Of a DNA stretch of 64,000 nucleotides, positions 1 through 13,200 are shown one piece after another; the stretch's first letter is position 1, and every line of letters starts with the position of its first letter. This DNA comes from Euglena gracilis (lineage: Eukaryota): contig CP154954.1 of NCBI GenBank assembly GCA_039621445.1, positions 17,328,589-17,392,588 of the forward strand, written 5' to 3'. The notes beneath the pieces are model-generated. The model was not told where the DNA came from. It made no database searches and saw only the letters and a list, made by a program, of their open reading frames with translations. A program made the translations under genes and the position numbers.

Positions 1-91
1 AGGGGGGTGTTATGACCACCCCCCCCGGTCACAGGTTGCAGGAACCCGGTCATACGACTAGGGGGGGGGGGGGTAATTATAGTTACAATTA

Positions 92-523
92 CTGTCCCCG
101 GAAAAAATAACAACCGGAAAAAATAACAACCCAAGCCTTTCAGGTTGTTATTTTTTCGGTTGTTATTTTCCAAATTTTTTCCTGTGTAAAGGCCCCGCCT
201 TCGCCATGGCTCTTTGGATACTTTCTCACTTGGCCTGGCTGAGAGGGTGGCGGGGCCAGTATGGATGAGCAAACCCCTTTGTTCCTTTCAGAATCGTCAT
301 GGAAAAGCATGTCCTTGCAGCAAAGCCTTCCGTGAACAAGAAACTAGTCGACCAAGAATTTGCGATTTTGACCTGTCAGATATTGACGTCGCTGACCTTA
401 TTTGATGACCTGGACCCAGTTTTTCGTGAATTCCATATTGACGTCCTTGTTGCTCTGAAGCCTTCCGGGTTGTTATTTTTCCGGTTGCTATTTTTTTCCG
501 GTTGTTATTTTTTCCGGGGACAG
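92..523. mobile_element. MITE with ~45-bp TIRs and TA TSD (Tc1/mariner-like)
   Basis: TA|CTGTCCCCGGAAAAAATAACAACCGG ... CCGGTTGTTATTTTTTCCGGGGACAG|TA. Confidence 0.8.
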
Positions 524-529
524 TATAAG

Positions 530-988
530 GATAATTATAATTAAAATGACATAAATTAAATTAAATTTATTTTATATTATATATTTATATTATGTAATAT
601 ATTCACATATTGTATATTATACTATATAATTATAATTATAAGTATAAGTATAATTATAATTATAATTATAATTATAATTATAATTATAATATAATAATTA
701 TAATTATAATTATAATTCTAATTATATTATCATAATTATAATTATTCTCGTTCTCGTTAATTATTTCTCTTCTCCTTCCCCTTCTCCTTCTCCTTTTCCT
801 TGTCCTTGTCCTTCTCCTTGTCCTTCTCCTTCCCCTTCCCCTTCTCCTTCTCCTTCTCCTTCGCCTTCTCCTTCTCCTTCTCCTTCTCCTTCCCCTTCCC
901 CTTCTCCTTCCCCTTATAATTCTCCTTCCCCTTCCCCTTCTCCTTCTTATAATTCTCCTTCTCCTTAATTATAATTCTCCTTCTCCTA
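530..988. repeat. Compound microsatellite: AT-rich (AATTAT)n then (CTTCTC)n
   Basis: Directly visible hexamer repeats at ~640-745 and ~765-985. Confidence 0.95.
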
Positions 989-990
989 TA

Positions 991-1400
991 CCCCCCCCCC
1001 CTGTCGTACGACCACCCCTCATTTATGCCCCCCCCCCGGTCACAGGTTGCAGGTCATGGGGGTGTTATGACCACCCCCCCCCCCGGTCACAGGTTGCAGG
1101 TTGCGAAAAATTTTAACCCCCAAAAATAAGTCCCCCCCCTGGCCGGTCCGAGCAAAAATCCATGAAATGGACCCCCCCAAAATAAGGTCCCCCCTGCCGG
1201 CGCGAAGCGCCGGATTTTTGAAAAATGGGACATTTTTGGGGGGTAAATCTGCCATTTTGGGACAGTCTTCACACACTTCTACGACCGCCCCCTCATCTAT
1301 GACCACCCCCCGGTCACAGGTTGCAGGTTATGGGGGTGTTATGACCACCCCCCCCCCCGGTCACAGGTTGCAGGAACCCGGTCATACGACTAGGGGGGGG
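991..1400. mobile_element. MITE with C-run/G-run ends and TA flanks; internal CCGGTCACAGGTTGCAGG repeats
   Basis: TA|C-run-TGTCGTACGACC ... GGTCATACGACTA-G-run|TA; related copies at 1-73 and ~62710-62805. Confidence 0.7.
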
Positions 1401-3695
1401 TAATAATAATAATAATAATAATTCCAAACAACCTAATATTTAAATTTAACATAACCCCCCCAAATATAAACCCCCCCAAATACAAACCCCCCCAAATATA
1501 AAACCCCCCCTGAGGACCTTGAAATCACGCCCAAATATAACCCCCCCCCCTCCGGCGCAAAGCGCCGGAAGGAAAAATTTTCGACAAAATATCTCCCAAA
1601 ATTGTCATTTTTGTCAGATTTGGGAACAATTTTTACCAAAAACATGTGAAAATTGCTCCTTCGCCCGAAAAATGAAGTTTTTGGACCCCCAAGGGTGGGC
1701 GTATTTGTTATTTTGGACCAAAAAAGTGTCTACTGGAACCCACCGGGAAATTGATTTTTCCGACCGAATATAAAACCCCCCCAAATATAAAACCCCCCCT
1801 CGGGGTCTTGAAATTTCCGCCCTATTTTTAAACCGGGGGGGTTTATATTTTGGGGGGGTTTAGTATTGTGAATTTTTAAGTTTTCATTATTTATAATCAT
1901 ATATGTAATTTATGGATGATACGATGGACAATATCTCTATTAATAGCAGCTTCTAACACAATAAATATAGTAGTATTTTCATAACAGGAATTTTTTGAAA
2001 GGTTGGAACCCATGGGTGTATTTTTTGGAGAGAGTAGTGTAGTAGAGTAGTAGCAAGTCCATGTCTTTGCCTCTGAACGGTGCGGTGTTGTGCCCACTGG
2101 CACGATGGACAGGAGCCTGTTGCCAGCAAGTGTGGTGAGATTCAGGGTTTTGACAACTCCGATGGTGCCCTGAACCCTCTGGACTGGGTTGGAAGGGCTT
2201 TATGCACGACGCTATGCCTGCATCATGTGCATCTTATGGCCACATCACATTGTCCGCGTGTAAACCCGACCCCCCACTTATACCCCCCCCCCCGGGCCCA
2301 ACCACTAAACCGTGATTTATAACCCCCCCCCCCCGGAAGGCATGAGAAGGCAAAGAGAACTGCCAAGGCGCATTGGACATCTCTTCCACGATATCGGGAG
2401 CAGTAAACGACACACCCAGGTCAATGGAGGCCATTGGAGCAGGTCTGGGAATGAAAGGAGGACGTGCAGCCAACTCTTAGGGGGTCCACAATACCTCCTC
2501 AGCCAGACACTAAACCGTGACCTCTAACCCCCCCCACTTATAACCCCCCTTCGGGGCCAACCACTAAACAGGATCTTATAACCCCCGAGGGGGTTAAAAG
2601 TGGGGGGGTTTATGCAGGCCAATGCTGTTAATTGTTTTCCTGCCCCCCACCCATGTGAATGAACCCCCTTGCCCAATGAAGGGGTGTCCGGACCATCATT
2701 GTCCCCTTTTATGGCAGCACAAATGTCCACACACCCAACGTCCGGACTGTGCGGATTGTCGCGTTTATGTTCATTGGGCTTTGTGGGGCCTTGCCTGTTT
2801 AGCTGATGCCCATGGCAGCATGCGTGTATGTGTGTGGTTGTAGCTGCTGTCGGGCGTTGCAATGGTCCACCTTCAAGCAAATGCATGCCATTTGTTTTTA
2901 ATGGAATCCATCCAGCCACCCATCCGCTCACAGTGGACGTGTGCGGTATGATGCTCATGCAGCCATCCATTCTTTGCAATCTAAAGGGATCAGCCACCCT
3001 CTACCGCGTTGCCGTGCAGTCAAAGCTGATATGGCTCCCAAGTACTTCCTTTGAGCTAGTTGCAGATGTCCAGGGCATGCCTTTTGTTTTGACTTCTGAG
3101 GTTGGTCTGATTTGTGTGGCTATTTGCTAAATTGATAAGTTTGATGCTTGGTGAATTGAGCCAACAGTGTGCTTACCCCATGTGTGTCACTCTAAAGATG
3201 CACCCAGGGGCGGTCATTGACACCTTCTCAGTTTCTTGTACCTGCCGATCCAGGCAGGAGTTTCCGTGTTCCATGCATGCATTTCCTGCAGCTATTCTCA
3301 TACCTTCCAGACATACCCCTACCGCCCCTTGGGAAACGGTCTGCGGAAGTCAGCAAGTACAGAGACAGGTCCCCAAAAGGTCAGGTCAGAGGAGACAGTT
3401 TCCTGGGCAAAAAAAAGACATTTGACGGACCCCACCAGACACAAGAATCCAAATAGTGGATATTTACCAAAATGTGTCAGAATTCAATCCTGAAAACAAC
3501 GTTGGCATATTTTCAATTTGGAAAATATTTGGTTTTTTCAACTAAAACATTAAAAAAAAAATGAAAGGAGACAGACCAGCAGGTGCAAGGCTAGGAGACA
3601 TTTCTATGTGGACAGGTTAGCGGGTACGGGGAATTAGAAGACCGTTCCCCGGCAGGACAGTTTCCCAGGGGGGGGGGAGGTTGTTACTGCAGCAG

Positions 3696-4237
3696 ACCTG
3701 CCCTGGGGAGGATGGGCATGGGCAATGCCCCCAGGGACATGCCATCCAGCATTCAACTTCAAACAGCAGCTTCACCTGTAATGTGTGCAAAGCGGAGCTG
3801 CAGGCGTCACCGATGTATGGCTGCCGTCCGAGGCTTCTTTCAGCCGGCCCTTGTATGTGGGCCCAATGTTCTAAATATTCTAAAAAAAAATCTTAAATTC
3901 AGTTCTCATTCCCCAGAAATCAATAGTCATTATTGCCAGCATTTTTCTTCCTGAGGGATGGACTTGGCACTGCTTTGGAGGGGACCCCTCACCCATCCTG
4001 ACTGGAGGGGTGGTATGCTATGCGATGCTATGCGGCTAATCGGGAAGTAAGAGGGTCTGTGCCACAGTTGAACGAAGTGGGAGAGGAGGAGGGGAATTCC
4101 GGGTTCCAGTCCCCCTGGTCTGGCGGGGGTTGCCGGCTCCCCCACAGACGGGGGCCCCGAAGCCGGTGCTGCCACTACGCTGCGTGCGAGGCGTGCCACC
4201 GGATGACCACAGCTGCACATGACCCAACTGTTCCTTG
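3696..4237 (+). CDS. Gene A Zn-finger exons (3696-3825 and ~4148-4237)
   Basis: CPQGHAIQH..FTCNVCKAELQASPMYGC / CCHYAACEACHR; GT..CAG intron 3826-4147; one apparent 1-nt deletion in the second exon. Confidence 0.65.
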
Positions 4238-7200
4238 GGCCAGGGGCAGGGCTGTATGGGAATCCCCGCAAACCCATCAGGGGGTCGACCCCCCGACCCC
4301 CATCCGGGGGTACCGGGGGGGGGGGGAATTGGATGCCGAAAAAATTGATTGGGAAAAAATTGGCGTACAGGAATCCTGCCAAATTTTTCCAGGCCTTTTT
4401 TGAAAATCCTGCCTCAAAATTTTGAAGATCACCCTTTTTCCAGTCATCTTGCATACAAAACCTGCCAATTTTTTCCGAGCCGTTTTCAGGTTTGGCACCA
4501 ATTTTTTAGGCTTCCAATTTTTTCGGGTCTAATTTTATCTAGCTTCAATTCCCCCCCCCCCCCCGATAGGGGGGGGTCGGTCTTGGCATGCATAGTTCTT
4601 GCCCTTTCCGGGCACCGTCAAATATAGTGAGCGACCCTGACTGACTCCCCCACCGCAACGGAATGCATTGGTGTTCGGGAATCCCCGTCCCTCTCCTGCT
4701 GTTGGCTTTTGAGGACACGTCGTCGAAGGTCCGTTTTCAGGATCGGATGGGCTCGTCCTTACATGGTCCGACATGAGAAGGGCCCCACCCCTCCTTTGCT
4801 ACCACCCCCCATTTTCCTTCAGCGAATAACGAAGTCAGACAGTTCTTATGAGGACAGATCAGAAAGGAGAAGAGGACATTTTCCTCAGATCAGAGTAAAG
4901 AAGGTGAAATTTCCCAGGGTTCAATGGCCATGGATTCACTAAACTCTCAAGCCTAGTGTAGCTTCGCTTGGGCCAATGTATTTTTTGTGGATCGGTTTGT
5001 GCCTCTGAACACAAAAGTATTCCACCCCAGAATGCTACGCCAGAACTTCGGCAGTGATTTTTTTGGGGGAGTAGGGTCGCTGGATGGGTCGTGGGTGAAC
5101 GGCTCTTCAATAAAGTGGGGTTTTGGTGGGTTGCAGCTTCGGTATGCAAAGTTCCCCCTCGAGTCACCACGCAAATGAATGGCCCATGAATGGTCGCAGA
5201 GTGGTGAATGAATGGCCCACCAAATGAATGGTCGCCTTTACTTTCAATTTACCCATGTTAGCAGGTACACAGACAGAGGACAGTGTCTGGGGGGGGGGGG
5301 TCGTCTGGAGAATATTTTCCTGGAGGGGGTTGGGGGAATAGCACCAATGGCGTAAGTTGCCGCCCACATTTCACCCCATGGCTGGTGGGGGTCCAGGCTG
5401 ACCTCCGCATCCTGTCCGTGCGGAAGGGGCGATGCAGGCCACGGCTGTTGAGGGCGGCCATTCCACCCTGGCCATCAAGGGGACGTTCTCCGCCACCGGG
5501 CGCAACTCCCTCAAGCCCAGGGCTCGGCAGTGGTTCCGTGCAGAACCTTGTCGCATAAGTTGTGTTCGAAGGGGCTAACCCATCTGCTCAAACCCTCGCG
5601 TCGGTCTGTGCGCAGGACACGAGAACATTCTGATTTGTTTCGGCCCCGCTAATGAGGCGACAGCAGGGTGGTGGCTGCGACCGGGGAAGTATTGTTCCAG
5701 TGTCCATTTGGGTAATTTGGGTGACGGCAAAAATGTGAAATGTGAAAATGTGGGGGTGCCGGCATTACAACGAAATCATGGCACATTTGGCCTCAAACCA
5801 GAGCGCTGTCGGGTTCTTCCGCTTTGGGAACGGGCTCCAAATACGATGCCGACTCCTGCGAGCGCTTCGGCTGGAGGGCCTAGACCCCTGCGGCCCACTG
5901 GCGCTGGGCGTTTACCCCGCCGACACCCCCGCAGCCCTATTGGATGCCCATGGCTGACAGCCGCCGGCATCCAATGCGGCGGCCATGTGTGACCTTGGGT
6001 GCTGCCCCGCACCCCCCCCCTTCGCCCACCGACCACCCCTAAACAACGACCCCCCCCCCGTCGGGGGTTGCAGGTCGGGGGTGTGAAAGACCCTCCCCCT
6101 GGTGGGCGGTGTAGGCGGCTTTGAAATTTGGGCCCTGGCCGTCCCTGGTCGGGGGTTGTAGGAAACAGGTCTGTGAGCAAAGGGGGGGGGGAGTGGGTGC
6201 TCGCCATTGTCATTTTGTTTGCGTGTGCTGGGGCTCATGGCCAGGGCGGTATTGGAACACTGGCCGACCCCCGCCCCCGCCCCCGTCCTGGTGGGTATGG
6301 GGGGTCCGACCCCCCACAAGGCATTCCTACATTCCTGGGGTCGACATATGCAAAATCAAAGTTTCCTTCGGCAAATTCATTTTCGCAGGGTGCAACGGTG
6401 GGTGAGGGGGCGGTTGACCCACCCCCTTCACCGCCCAGGTGGAGTGGGTTGGGCGTCCAAACCACACCAGGCTTTCCCACAGCCCTGCCGATGGTTTGGA
6501 TTTGTTGCAGTCGAGACCTGTCCTTGTTGCGCAACTTTTTTTTCTGCCAAAAAAGAAAACTGTACTCCTGTTTGCCGCAGTTTGTCCCTCTCATGGGCGT
6601 GCTGGCCATGCCCACAACCATTACGTCGGAGGGGAGGGCCTGCCCGACAGCATTGGCCTGGTGTGCACCGGCGACACGTGCCAGCTGTTCAGCTCCTCCC
6701 GGGGCCTCACCCATGGTGTCTGGTGGACGGAGTTTGTGCAATCGGGTCTCATTTGCGAATGGCTGATGTCTTTGCCATGTCTTCGAAGGTTGTGTCCCCC
6801 CCAATGCCGCTGCCCGACAAAGGAATGCTTTGAAAACCAGCCTCCCCCCCCCCCCAAAGCACCCGAGATTACTGACAGACGGCGATGTTACATCCCTGAC
6901 GGTATGCACCATCTCTTGGGCCCAAGTTTTGGTGTTGCCGGGGGGGGGGGTAGGGTTCTTGCCAGCCAGCTTTTCAATTTCCAGCCCCCAGCTTTCTTCG
7001 CCCCAGCTGCACGGAGCCATTTTCTTTCTTTCGGGTTTAGGCATTATGGACCCTTGTTTGCCGTCAGCTTGTTGACGTCACCCACCTGGGGGGACGGGGG
7101 TTGCACCCTGTGGGCAGGGAGGGGGGGAAATATGCACCGTGAAGGTTTTGCGGTTTTTTGCAGTTTTCACGTTTTGGCTTTTTTGCAGTTTCTTGCAGGG

Positions 7201-10200
7201 TTTTTTTGCAGTGTTTGTGAAAAAAGTGTGGGATACGTCCCGATCGGCGCGGTGCTGCGCCAGGGGTTTGCCTGGCCGCCCGGCCGGGGGGGGCGACTCC
7301 GGCCCCAACGAGCCATTCGGGGACAGCGGCAGTGGCCCGGCGTTGGGGGACACGCTGGAGGTCGCGGTGGAGGACGGCATGGTCACCTTCGCCGTCAATG
7401 GCCAGCCGCACGGGGCGGTGGCCATGCATTCACTTAACCAGGGAGTTTCTTAAGCCCGGCCCCACCCAACCCGGGAGGGGGGTCCAGCCAGCCAGCACCT
7501 TTTTTCTAACCAGCAGCTCCCGGCTGGGCTGCGAACTCCCCCCCCCCCGGGGTTGAATGGAAATTCAGCTTTCGCAGCCTGGCAAAGCCGGGCTGGGTGG
7601 AGAAGATTTCGGCGCAAAGTGCCGACGGTTTTGAACATGGGGGTCAAAGTCGGCCGAAAATGGCCAGTTTTGCTACTTTTTGGGGTTTTTTCACCTAAAA
7701 TTGTGGGCCAAAAAGTACAACCCAGCTGCGTTTGGACTTTTTGCCTGTTATTGGGTCCCAGCCTGGTCCAGCCTGGCAGCTGGTTTCGAACCACCTCCTA
7801 TTGGATATTTTTACCCCTTTTTCGGGTCCCCCCTCCCCCTAAAAGTGGGTTAGAGGGTTTTGATCTTGGGAGGCAACTAAGTGAATATTTCGCCGCGGCA
7901 GCGGTGGAGCAAGACAGCACGCTGCGGTTCGGGGTGTCGCTGTGTGGCGCCGGCCAGCGGGTGAGGCGCACTGCCGTGCCTGGAGGCGGGTCTGTTTCAG
8001 CCAGACCGTCAAAATTGTGTTTTTCTTGTCATGAAAAATGATGTTTTTTCCTTGTCATGAAAAGTGATGTTTTCTTTCTTGTTATGGAAAAATTCACCCC
8101 TGAGGATTTTATCGAGTAACCCGTGGAATTCCTTATTTTCTTCAATGGTTACCCTCAACATTGTCTTTCCTTGGTGCAAGGTTTCCTGCCAAAGGACTCC
8201 TCAAATCGTAGTGTAGCTTTCCCTCCGAATTCCTGAGAAGTGCATGACTGTGATAAAATGGCCATCATTTTTGTACTGCATTTGCACCTCTCTAGTTGCC
8301 CCCCCCCCATGTTTCACCTGGGATGTGGCAGCATTCTCCCCGGAATGCTGCCACCGTTTTGGAAGAATGCAGGGTGGTGCAGGCGATCGTTGGTGGTTGC
8401 AGAGACCCTGCCAGCTCCGGCCCACTGAGTGTTCCACAGGAGGATCATCCGGCCAGTCATTTTCTCCACCAATTTGATTTGCTTCCGTAAATTTTTGGAG
8501 TTGCGTTCTTTCTTCGGCCGGGGGGGGGGGGGGCGCCACGGTTTAAGTCCAATCAGCTTGCTCCCTTTTCTCAGTCCGCAGCCCAGACGAGAATTTGTTG
8601 GTCGAACAAAGTTTTAGGCAACCAACCACTTTCCTGGTGATTCTTGTCCAGGGTGGTTTTCCTTTGGGAAGAGCACTCTGAGTGGTGGTCAAATTTCATA
8701 AATAACCAATCATGGCTGTGAAATACTATCCATTTTTTGAGATTTATACATTTTGAAAAAGATCACCAGATTTTTTGACCATTTTTGGTGGATTTCGAGT
8801 TGCTTTTCTGCCAGAAAATTTTGTACAAGTCAAAGTTTTCAAGGAAGAATAATTGCCATCATTTTGCATGAAATGTCGTTTTTCAAAATTAGAATTCCTT
8901 GTAACTTTCCATTATTTTTTGCCAACCAAAATTTTTGTCCGCACCGTTGCTCAGCCCAGATTGTCCAAATGAAAAGAATCTGTGCAAAAAATTAATTGAA
9001 AACAGGGTTAAGAATCAGCAAAAATGGTTGTCTTTGGCCTGAAATTTGGCTGAGGCTTCCCAACCAGTGGCATTGGATTTTCCGTTGGTTTCCATCTTGA
9101 CCCCCCAGCCCCCCCCCCCCAGGGTTTCAGCTCATTGGACCTCCTCAAGGGGCGACCCCGCTCTTCTTTTCTCTTTGCGTTTTCTTCCGTCTCTCATTTC
9201 AGTGGTCGGAGGATCTTCCGGTGCACGACCCCCGTGGAAATTCCTCCTTTTCGTTGCTCCTCCCTCCTTTCTCGTTGGAAGTTTCCCTACCAAAGGCCGC
9301 CTCAATCGTAGTGATCTTTTCCCCCGGTTCTGTCTCTGATAGAACACTGCCCGTTTTGTTCCGCATTGCACCTCTGGGCCCCCCCCCCCCCAGTTTTGTG
9401 GCCATTCTCCCCTCTTCTCCCCTTGCGCGTGCGGTTCCCGGACGATCCCTTGGGTGCCTTTCTCGGCCCACTGCAGCCCAACTGGTGTTTTTGTTTCCTC
9501 CTTCCGGCCGTCATTATCTCCCGCCTTCCGTATGGTCTTCGTTTTCTTTCTTTCGGGGGGGGGGGGGCGTAACGTTTTAATCAGCTTGCACCCTTTTCTT
9601 TTTGTGTTCCCCGCCCGGACGAGAAGTGTGGTATGGTATTTCAAAGTTTTAGGCTCACCCTTACTTTCCTGGTGATCTTGTCAGGTTTTCCTTTGGGAAG
9701 AGCACTCTGGTCTTTCTTTTTTTTCATACCTTCTTTTTTTTTTTTTTTTTGAGTTTCCTTTTTTGGGGTGGTTTCGATTTTTTTTTTTGCCAGAAAGTTT
9801 TGTCAAAGTTTTTTAAGGAAGATAATCCATCATTATTGCATGTTTTTGGTGGAATTCTTTTGTAATTTTCCATTTTTTTGCCAACCATTTTTTTTTTTCA
9901 GCAATTGTTGCTCAGTTCAGATTGTCCAATGAAAAGAATCTTGCAAAAAGGGTTGAACGGGGTTTAAGAATTCAGTGAGTCCATCTTGTCCTTTGGCTGC
10001 CTTTTTGTTGGTGATTTTTTCCGTTGGTTTCCAACCGGCCCCCAGCCAGGCCCCCCCCCCCCCCCTAGGGTTCAGCTCACTGGACCTCCTCAAGGGGCGA
10101 CCCCGCTCTTCTTTTCTCTTTGCTTTTTCTTCCTCTTTTTTCATTGGTTGGATCTTCCGGTGCAACACCGGAGTGCAGCGCTTGGGATGACGACGGGGAT

Positions 10201-13200
10201 CCCCCATCGGGTGCATCCACTCGCCCCTCCCTCAGCCCCAGGAATTCTTCGAATGCTTATTGAAATACTTCACACAGACAGCTCACTGCGCCGCCCCACG
10301 GGCTCCAACCCGGGATGCGGGGTCCCCCTGGCCACTTACAAGCACGCCATCCATGGCCAAAGAAACCTCAGCAGAGGGAAAAGTGCCACTCAGGGCCGTT
10401 TGTATTTGACCCCAGTTCCAATGCTCCCACCCAAACAATGTGTCGACATGACGTAATAACAAAACGTTAACAAGAAAACCTGCAAATAGCAACACTTCCA
10501 TGTCTTTCCATGTTGTTCCATGTCGAAAGCCTGCTTCCATGCCTTTTGGCTGGTTTGCCATCATTCTGTCACAGGGCATAATAACAGCCAACGTTATTTC
10601 CCTCCCTCCCCATTTTAAGCTGGATTTAAAGCCTCAACAACCAAAATCCCCAGATTTTTTCGGTCACGTTTCTATCTCCGTCCTTTTTCAAATTTTGTAA
10701 TTTTCATTCTGACATTTTATCTTTCCAAAGGGATTTTTTCTTCCAGAGTTAGAAAGTTTTAGACATTATGTTCCGGCTCCTTGCCATCATTTGTCTTCTT
10801 GTGTCGATGGTAAGTCGAGAAGTTTTTCCGCTGCCGGATTGTTTTTTCTTTTGAAGGGTCCCTCCCACTTGCCACGTGAGGGTCCATCCGTCCATAACCA
10901 CCCAGCACCCTCAACCCCAAGCTGAATTTCGACAAAAAATCCAGGTTCAGGTATGCCAACCTTTGGGTGGACAAAAGTGGTCCACTTACCCCTTGCTGGC
11001 TTTTCTTATTTTTTTTTTAGCCCTGGTTTTGAGCATCGTGTTTTGGGCCAACCAGTCCCGCATCACCTCCCCCCCCCCTTGTGGGGGTCCTGTGACAAAA
11101 CGGGAGGGTGTCGGCCACTACCCATCGCACCTTTGCCTTTTTTACATTTCGGTGTCGGACCAGATGCTCTGCAGCCACTGATGGCTGGGATTATTGCACC
11201 ATTGCGGGCCACCGGATACTTATGCGCAGAGCCGAAACAATTCAAGAAGTGATGAACACATGTGCATCCATGATTTCGATTCAAATGGCAGACTCTCAAT
11301 AAAGTGCCCCATTTCGGTTTCTCAAAATTGCCCCAAAGATTTCATTGCCCAAGAAATGCCAGAAGTAAAAGTTTTTGACCTTTTTTGTGGGATCCAGGTA
11401 CCTTCCAACTTTTTTTTTGGACCCTTTATCGACCACCTCCCCAGTCGGAGGACAGAGGTTACTGGGCGTACGACATAGGGGGGGGGGTACCATGGAGATG
11501 TGCATGTGGAGTCGATGGCCACGCGGCCAGCAGATGCGGTCCGGCTGGTACCCCTCGCATCCAAGCAGGGCACCGTGAAGCGCTACAACGCAGCAGACGA
11601 CGCGTATTTCGTGGAGTTCGACAGCTGCGGGTCCCATTGGGTGCCCCGCTCCTGCTTCAACGTGAGCCTCGTGTGAAGCCGCATGGATTCACCCTATTCT
11701 GGAAACCGTCGTCTGCATTTCGATGTGGAGGCATTTGAATCCCTCTCGTGCCCTAATGGATTGTCCCACTCCCGAGCGATGCAACCTGGTAGGTTTGGAT
11801 CGGCCTTTCCTGGGGGAGGGGTGGGTGGCAGGCATGTGCGTTGCCAAGGCAGACCCGTCTTTTTTTGGTGCCCAAAGGGAGCCAGGGAAGTTCTGCACGG
11901 TAGTTCCTTTCTCTGTGGCTTTGGACGTGCACTTTTAAATGGTTTCCAATTCGTTCAGTTGTCCAAAGCTGCCGCTTCGGGTTCAGTTGGTGCGCTATCA
12001 TCCTCCTTGCCACTTCAGTGCTGAGAATGGAAAGTACACGCGCTGGCACGTCGGAGCCCAGGAACTTGGACCTTGCCTGTCGAATTGTTCCTGTCCAATT
12101 GACCGACAAAAGTGGGTATTACAATAATTTCGCGTGGCTGCTTTTTTGAAGGAAAGGCGTCATTCTGCCTGCCCCCTCCCCCCACTGGGAAGTTATTTCC
12201 CCCAGACTCTCGCTCGTATCCACCAATTTAGCTTCACAAGAGGTGCCCCTGCTGCAATCGCATTTGGGATTCCTCGGAAATTTGCTTTTATTGGGGAAAT
12301 GGTTTTCAAAAAAATTTGGTGGACTTTTTTTGAAAGTTCATTTTTAATTGGATTTTTGACTAAAAAGTGAAATAGAAAAAAATCTGCCACTTGCAAGTTG
12401 CTCTTTGTGGACTACTCACCAAATTGGCCTCAATGAACGTTCCCTTCCCTGCTTGGCGTCAATTTGATTGAAGCCATTTTCCCAAGAAATGAAAACCCCC
12501 TTGTCCCAACTGAGCAAAAATGAATTACAAGAAATAAAATATCTCATATCCTGAGTTATTTGAGGAGGCTTTGGACTCCATAGCCGACTGACAGTCATCC
12601 CATGTACCCCCCCCCCATTTGGCTATGTCCAGACTCCCTCAGACCCCCCATTAGCCAATTAGTTGGAAGGGACAATTGGCACGAGGGCCCCTACCCCCTA
12701 ATTCTTTACCTGTGAAAAATTGGCATTGGTATTTTTTGTGTGCATAGTTGGATTCGTCATGACTTTTTCTTATCTGGCAAAAAAATCAAATTTTTTCGAA
12801 ACATAATTTTTAAAGGTTTGTGAGCCCTTTTGGCACCGTCTGCCCTTGCCCTTGCCAAAATTGGCCCATCTTCTCCCGGAGGCCAATCAGCAAATTGGGG
12901 TGGGGGTCCAACAGGGGGTTGAGGGCAGGGTTCGATATAAGGAGGGCGTACAAGGTTTAGGTGGGGGGGTGCCCCCCACCCCCCCCCCCTCCTGGCCCGC
13001 AAGGGGTCCGGACCCCCCAGCTGTCTTTACATCAAACCCTGGTTGAGGGTACAAAAGGTTCAAAGCCATGCCTTCTTGCCCAACATTTTTTGATATTTTT
13101 GAGGTTGTTGACGGATTGGGACAATTAGGCTCCTCTGGAAAGAAGAGACACACCGCCATTTTCGGTACGAAACACCGACATTTTTGGGACCCCAAACACC

